In this document: positions 55,701-60,000 of the stretch, piece by piece
How the letters are laid out: every line of letters starts with the position of its first letter
Numbering within the stretch: the first letter of the stretch is position 1
Origin: Lytechinus pictus
Taxonomy: Eukaryota
Assembly (NCBI RefSeq): GCF_037042905.1
Contig: NC_087245.1
Location: forward strand, 29,266,001-29,326,000
DNA length: 60,000 nt
Direction: 5' to 3'
Translations under genes and position numbers: made by a program
The notes under the pieces: model-generated
The model's database searches: none
Told to the model about the DNA's origin: nothing
What the model saw: only the letters and a program-made list of their open reading frames with translations

Positions 55701-58700
55701 TCTTGACACATTATGGAAGTCAGTCATATCCTACACTTCCTGCTTTTAGGCTTTTCCTCTTTATTCGTTAGACATGTCGATGCACATGCTGGATTTGAAG
55801 CAACGACATCTTCAACACTGCTCACAAGCAAATCCACCCATGGGTGCAATCAGGATATGGAGTTCAGGATGGTTGATTGCTCACATAGAGACTTGAAGGA
55901 AGTTCCTCAGGATCTTTCTAAGGACATCGTGTTGCTGGATTTGTCAAATAACCGAATCAAAATGCTTTTGAACGCTTCGTTCGAAGTATACCCTCTAATC
56001 ACCAGTTTGTATATTTCTAACAATGATCTAGGAGTCATAGAATCTACCTCTTTTCATCCCCTCCATGGCTTAAAGATCCTGAACCTGTCCTGCAACCCTC
56101 GTCTTGTGCTTCCAGTAAAAGATGTCTTCAATATGTCTCCGCAACTTTTCACTCTGTATTTGGAGGAAGCAAACTTAATGACACTCCCTAATGACACCCT
56201 ACAGTCGAGTCAAAATTTCCACCGCTTACTTCTATCAAATAACAAACTTTCCTTTATTAATATAAGTTCTTGTGGTAAGGTCCACAAAGTATACATGGAT
56301 GGAAATCAAATACAGCGTATTGCAAAGGAATGCTTCACGTTTGTATGCCACAGTGACTTTCTAGATCTTACAGACAACCCAATCCAATTTGTAGATCCTG
56401 ACGACTTTGCATCGTTGAACATTCTCTCACTAAAGCTGGGTTTCTATCCCTTGAGTGATGAGGTATTAATAAACATCACACTCGGCATCTCAAAATCAAA
56501 CCTCCAGGAGCTCACGATCGTGAGAGGGTACTCTGGTGCGTTTTCTGAAGGTCTGTTTGACCCATTGTGTAATTCAACTCTCTCTGTCTTGAACTTCTAC
56601 GGGAATGAACTTACGTACCTCCCTCCTTTAGTCTTTGCGAATTTGACAAAACTCAAACAGTTTACTTTCAGTTATAACAGCCTACCAATTGATACAATTC
56701 CTCCAGACATTTTTAATGGCATGGAATCACTGGACGTATTGAATATCAGCAACAACGATATAACAGAAATAAATCCTGACAACCAGACCTGGACATTAGT
56801 TAAATTGACACAACTGAACTTACGAGAAAACAGTTTAACAAAAATACTATCATCTACTTTTCGTGGTTTAGAAAGCTTGATCTCCTTAGACATGAATTCA
56901 AACAAAGAACTCTCTTTCTTAGAGTTGAATGCATTTTCAGGTCTCAGCAGTATTCAATATATTGATCTGTCAGGAACCAACGTTTATGATTTACAACTCA
57001 ACATCCCAACGCTAAGAATACTATCCCTGAATAATCTTCTAGAGCCACCAAATTGGACACCATCAATATCACCTTTTCGGCATCTAAAATCTCTTGTTGA
57101 TTTCAGCTTAAAGAAGTCTAGCATTATTCTTGCTCACCTGTTGAACAACGCGACGAGTGCCTCTCTTTTCGATGGATTGTTGAATCTCCATTGTCTTGAC
57201 CTTAGCGGAAATTATTTCCGCGGAACTAAGTTCTTCGATAATACTTTACCACCAGGAATATTTCGTCAACTCTTTGCTTTACAGGAGCTTATCATAGATG
57301 ACTGCAAAATTGAAAATGTACACCATCACTTCTTCATGGGTTTGAAATCTCTCCAGACATTAAGTTTGAAAGGAAACAACATCAAAAGTCTTGATGGAAG
57401 ACTCTTATCGATTTTGCCTCAATTAGGATCAATAAACCTGGGGGGAAACCAGATTTCCTACTTGGAAAGATTGATATTCTTGAATAACGCCAAACTCACC
57501 AACCTTTCATTGGCTGACAACAAGTTAACAAGTCTGAATCAAAGCACTTTCAAGCCAATTGCATCCTCTATTTCACTACTGGATCTATCAAATAACCCAA
57601 TAGCTTGTAATTGTGACCTTAAATGGCTTATAGATTTGTTAAATGAGAACATTGACTTGGACAACAAAGACAACACCATCTGCACGATAGCATCCGTTGA
57701 ACCTTTGCGTCTGAAACATCTGCTTGATTTTGATCCGAATAAATTTTGTACAAGCAATATTGGGCTTATTTCCTTGATTTCACTGACTATTGTTTGCTTT
57801 ATCGCTATTTCTATAATCACTTATCACAACCGATGGTACATGAAATACAAAATATTTCTGCTGAGACTAGCCGCCGTTGGATACAGAGAGATGCAAGACG
57901 CCAGAGAACACGACGACTTTGAGTTTGATCTGAACATCATATTCTACGACGACGACGAAGTATGGGTTCGCGAGCATTTCCGACCTGCTCTGGTAGAACA
58001 CCTTCCACAGTTTCGGAGGAACGTCTTCGGTGACGAGGATCTCGTACTAGGCATGCATTACTTAGATGCTGTCGATTACGTGGTGACCCATAGTTACAAG
58101 ACCATCATCGTCCTCAGTAGAGCTGCTGTGAGGGACCGCTGGTTTGTTCTCAAGTTTCGTACGGCTATGGATCACGTGAGCGATACTCTTACAGAATTCG
58201 TGATGGTTGTCTTCCTTGAAGACATCCGTGATGATGAAATGCCCTTCTTGGTTAGATTGTATCTCCGAGACGGGAGACCTTACATTCACTGGACCGAGGA
58301 TGTGAGGGGACAAGGATATTTCTGGAATAAACTAACCAAATATCTCACCATTAATTTAAGGACAAATGATATGCTCCCAAACGAGTAGCATAGTCCGTTG
58401 GGAAGTTTAATTATGCAGATATTAGAATACAAACACAATTCACCTATTACCGTTAGAGGCAACTGGAATGCACATGACCTACAAAGTTAAAAGCCAAGTT
58501 TATGTTTCAATATTTTTTTTTTACATAAAAACATATATGTATGCAGACGGGTATGGTAGTACCACTGATGTTACCAATTAATCATTAAGTATTTTAAAAT
58601 TATATGAGAATACATAATTACATGGCCAGTTTTCTTTGAAAAAAAAAAATAAATGTTGTTATTCAAGTAATGTATATGAATAGACAAGACTAAAGGATGC

Positions 58701-59013
58701 CTAAACACGCCCTAAATTAAACTTAATCATACGCATCTCTATTTCACATAAACCCTCCCGAATGCGTGTACACACACCAACACAACACATACATACACTC
58801 ACTTAAAAATAAAAAATAACAAAAAATAACAAAAACATACCTAGTTGAAGAATGCATATAGCATTCCCATTTATTTGAATGCAGGATAAATGAGCACTGT
58901 CGAAGAAATGCCTTGCTCACGGCAAAGGTGCCGTAGCCGGAGATCGAACCCCGGACTTTCAAATGTCTAGTCAGACGCCTTAGTCCACTCGGCCACGGCA
59001 CCTCCACACACAA

Positions 59014-59044
<31 letters not shown>

Positions 59045-59925
59045 CGCATTCAGTGCCAATGTAAGGTATATGTGGCAAAAAAAATACTAAAAAAATAAAA
59101 AGGAAAGTGATGTACTGTATGGATTGCGCACTGTAGTAGAAACAACAGTTCAGCGATAAACTTGCTATAACAGTCGTCATACTTGATAATATGGTTTCCT
59201 TCTTTTATTCCGAGGGCCAAACTATTTATGGCTTAATAAAACAAGGAAGAGTATCACGAATTAAAAAAATTCAATGTACTTTCAAACTACATGTTATGAC
59301 TATCTTACTTTCTCTTTCTCCGAACGAGAGTGATTGGTGTTTGCTTCAGAACTTAAAAATGAAATCGAGAAGGGTGTTGGTGGTTTGTTTAGAAGCGTGA
59401 TTGCTTGTATGTAAGCAATTAGGAGACCGAAGGATTAAGGTCCTCTCCGAGGGACCTGGTAACATACCGAGTCTGTCCATGGACCATGGTCTGTCCGAGT
59501 GGCAATTCGACCAAGGTCATCGGATTGCGAAACAATCGTTCTGGCTACTATGCTAAGTTGATACCTTCCTATAATATGCTGTGTGTTAAAATGGAAAGCG
59601 AACTGTGGTCTCCGATTCACCGTATGTTATAAATAGCTAAACTTGCACAGAGAAACTAAATTGTTTTGAGAGGAAGAGTACTCGTTTATCTACTTGGTGA
59701 CATAGTTATTGCGCTATGAATGTATTGAGTAGTTTATTAGTGTGTTATCCTTCATGTTGAATCAACACCGCCGCGTATCCGTTTGATTTCACAATTACAT
59801 TTTAATTATATTCTTAAAATAAATAGGTTGCCGATCTTGAACTAAAACTTACCTCTTTGCCACGTCTTCATGTCTTCCAGATTCGAGTAAGGTAAACGCG
59901 AGGAGGTTGCTCGTGGTATCTTGAC
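46617..59925 (-). CDS. CYP46A1: Cytochrome P450 CYP46A1-like paralog B, 3' part (exons 8-13; 5' exons lie beyond window end)
   Basis: Exons (minus): 59853-59925, 51487-51571, 49829-49939, 48303-48391, 47017-47089, 46617-46757. Sizes (73/85/111/89/73/141) and phases are identical to paralog A, frame is open, TGA stop, heme loop FAIGQRNCIG. Confidence 0.92.
47017..47089 (-). CDS. CYP46A1: CYP46A1-like B exon 12
   Basis: PRHLYAYFPFAIGQRNCIGQQLAL. Confidence 0.94.
47150..47604. repeat. Degenerate (GAT)n trinucleotide microsatellite in intron 11 of CYP B
   Basis: About 450 bp of gat/ggt/aat/gac triplets. Confidence 0.95.
48303..48391 (-). CDS. CYP46A1: CYP46A1-like B exon 11
   Basis: [29 protein letters not shown](L). 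Confidence 0.92.
49829..49939 (-). CDS. CYP46A1: CYP46A1-like B exon 10
   Basis: VFKETMRLNPPVSGVIRDLACDVHSSGYIIPKGSNIF. Confidence 0.92.
50325..51189. mobile_element. Tc1/mariner (pogo-like) MITE, TA TSD
   Basis: ta|ggggaaggcggggtaagttg ... caacttaccccgccttcccc|ta; internal ggggcaagttgagcca repeats. Confidence 0.8.
51487..51571 (-). CDS. CYP46A1: CYP46A1-like B exon 9
   Basis: LKAEVDEVLGNKPVIEYSDLPKLEYMSR. Confidence 0.92.
52190..52773. mobile_element. Kolobok-type MITE, TTAA TSD
   Basis: ttaa|aggagaatgaaac ... gtttcattctcct|ttaa, with long imperfect internal inverted repeats. Confidence 0.8.
55713..58388 (+). CDS. Toll-like receptor (single-cysteine-cluster, echinoid-expanded type), intronless, 891 aa
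   Basis: Signal peptide, LRR-NT (C..VDCSHRDLKEVP), about 20 LxxLxLxxN repeats, LRR-CT (NPIACNCDLKWL...C...C), TM (IGLISLISLTIVCFIAISIITY), C-terminal TIR (FEFDLNIIF...W...GDEDLVLG...SYKTIIVLS...FWNKL); in-frame upstream TGA at 55704. Confidence 0.96.
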   Translation: MEVSHILHFLLLGFSSLFVRHVDAHAGFEATTSSTLLTSKSTHGCNQDMEFRMVDCSHRDLKEVPQDLSKDIVLLDLSNNRIKMLLNASFEVYPLITSLYISNNDLGVIESTSFHPLHGLKILNLSCNPRLVLPVKDVFNMSPQLFTLYLEEANLMTLPNDTLQSSQNFHRLLLSNNKLSFINISSCGKVHKVYMDGNQIQRIAKECFTFVCHSDFLDLTDNPIQFVDPDDFASLNILSLKLGFYPLSDEVLINITLGISKSNLQELTIVRGYSGAFSEGLFDPLCNSTLSVLNFYGNELTYLPPLVFANLTKLKQFTFSYNSLPIDTIPPDIFNGMESLDVLNISNNDITEINPDNQTWTLVKLTQLNLRENSLTKILSSTFRGLESLISLDMNSNKELSFLELNAFSGLSSIQYIDLSGTNVYDLQLNIPTLRILSLNNLLEPPNWTPSISPFRHLKSLVDFSLKKSSIILAHLLNNATSASLFDGLLNLHCLDLSGNYFRGTKFFDNTLPPGIFRQLFALQELIIDDCKIENVHHHFFMGLKSLQTLSLKGNNIKSLDGRLLSILPQLGSINLGGNQISYLERLIFLNNAKLTNLSLADNKLTSLNQSTFKPIASSISLLDLSNNPIACNCDLKWLIDLLNENIDLDNKDNTICTIASVEPLRLKHLLDFDPNKFCTSNIGLISLISLTIVCFIAISIITYHNRWYMKYKIFLLRLAAVGYREMQDAREHDDFEFDLNIIFYDDDEVWVREHFRPALVEHLPQFRRNVFGDEDLVLGMHYLDAVDYVVTHSYKTIIVLSRAAVRDRWFVLKFRTAMDHVSDTLTEFVMVVFLEDIRDDEMPFLVRLYLRDGRPYIHWTEDVRGQGYFWNKLTKYLTINLRTNDMLPNE
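58850..59005 (-). mobile_element. tRNA-derived SINE preceded by a (TG)n microsatellite
   Basis: Minus strand ggaggtgccgtggccgagtgg (A box)...ggggttcgatctccggc (B box), then non-tRNA body gtgagcaaggcattt. Confidence 0.75.
59385..59575 (-). mobile_element. Degenerate SINE carrying the gtccctcggagaggaccttaa core
   Basis: Reverse complement of 59436-59457 matches the core seen at 1482; eroded tRNA-like head upstream. Confidence 0.45.
59853..59925 (-). CDS. CYP46A1: CYP46A1-like B exon 8
   Basis: GQDTTSNLLAFTLLESGRHEDVAKR; AAG acceptor, GTAAGT donor; homologous to 7906-7978. Confidence 0.9.
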
Positions 59926-60000
59926 CTTCAAAGTAAACATAAAGATCAATATTATGTATGACTGTGCTGAATTATGGCATAGGTACAACAGTAATCGTGG

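Noticed and set aside
58630..58660. Poly(A) remnant marking TLR retroposition
   Set aside because: A-runs of this length are ubiquitous in the window and no TSD could be defined.
58930..59005. tRNA gene
   Set aside because: A/B boxes are present but run directly into a SINE body; no proper cloverleaf or terminator.

Overview
AT-rich, repeat-dense animal genomic DNA, most likely a sea urchin (echinoid-type TLR and repeat families; species not determinable). It holds two tandem minus-strand CYP46A1 (cholesterol 24-hydroxylase)-like P450 genes. Paralog A is complete (13 exons, 31268->3348, 509 aa). Paralog B has its last 6 exons here (59925->46617) and continues beyond the window. An intronless 891-aa Toll-like receptor (55713-58388, +) is nested antisense inside intron 8 of paralog B. 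The 16-kb intron 4 of paralog A is a nest of mobile DNA: a ~380-bp MITE interrupted by (i) an 8.9-kb element with no long ORF, split direct repeats and a TTAT crossover core (PAT/TOC1/Ngaro-type tyrosine-recombinase retroelement architecture) and (ii) a 4.36-kb near-perfect palindrome with a 6-bp TSD. Between the two CYPs lies a 10.3-kb Academ-like element with YY1-motif arrays, a nested hAT element and a near-identical 3646-bp tandem duplication. Several further MITEs, SINEs and microsatellites are present. All family assignments are by eye, with no database search.
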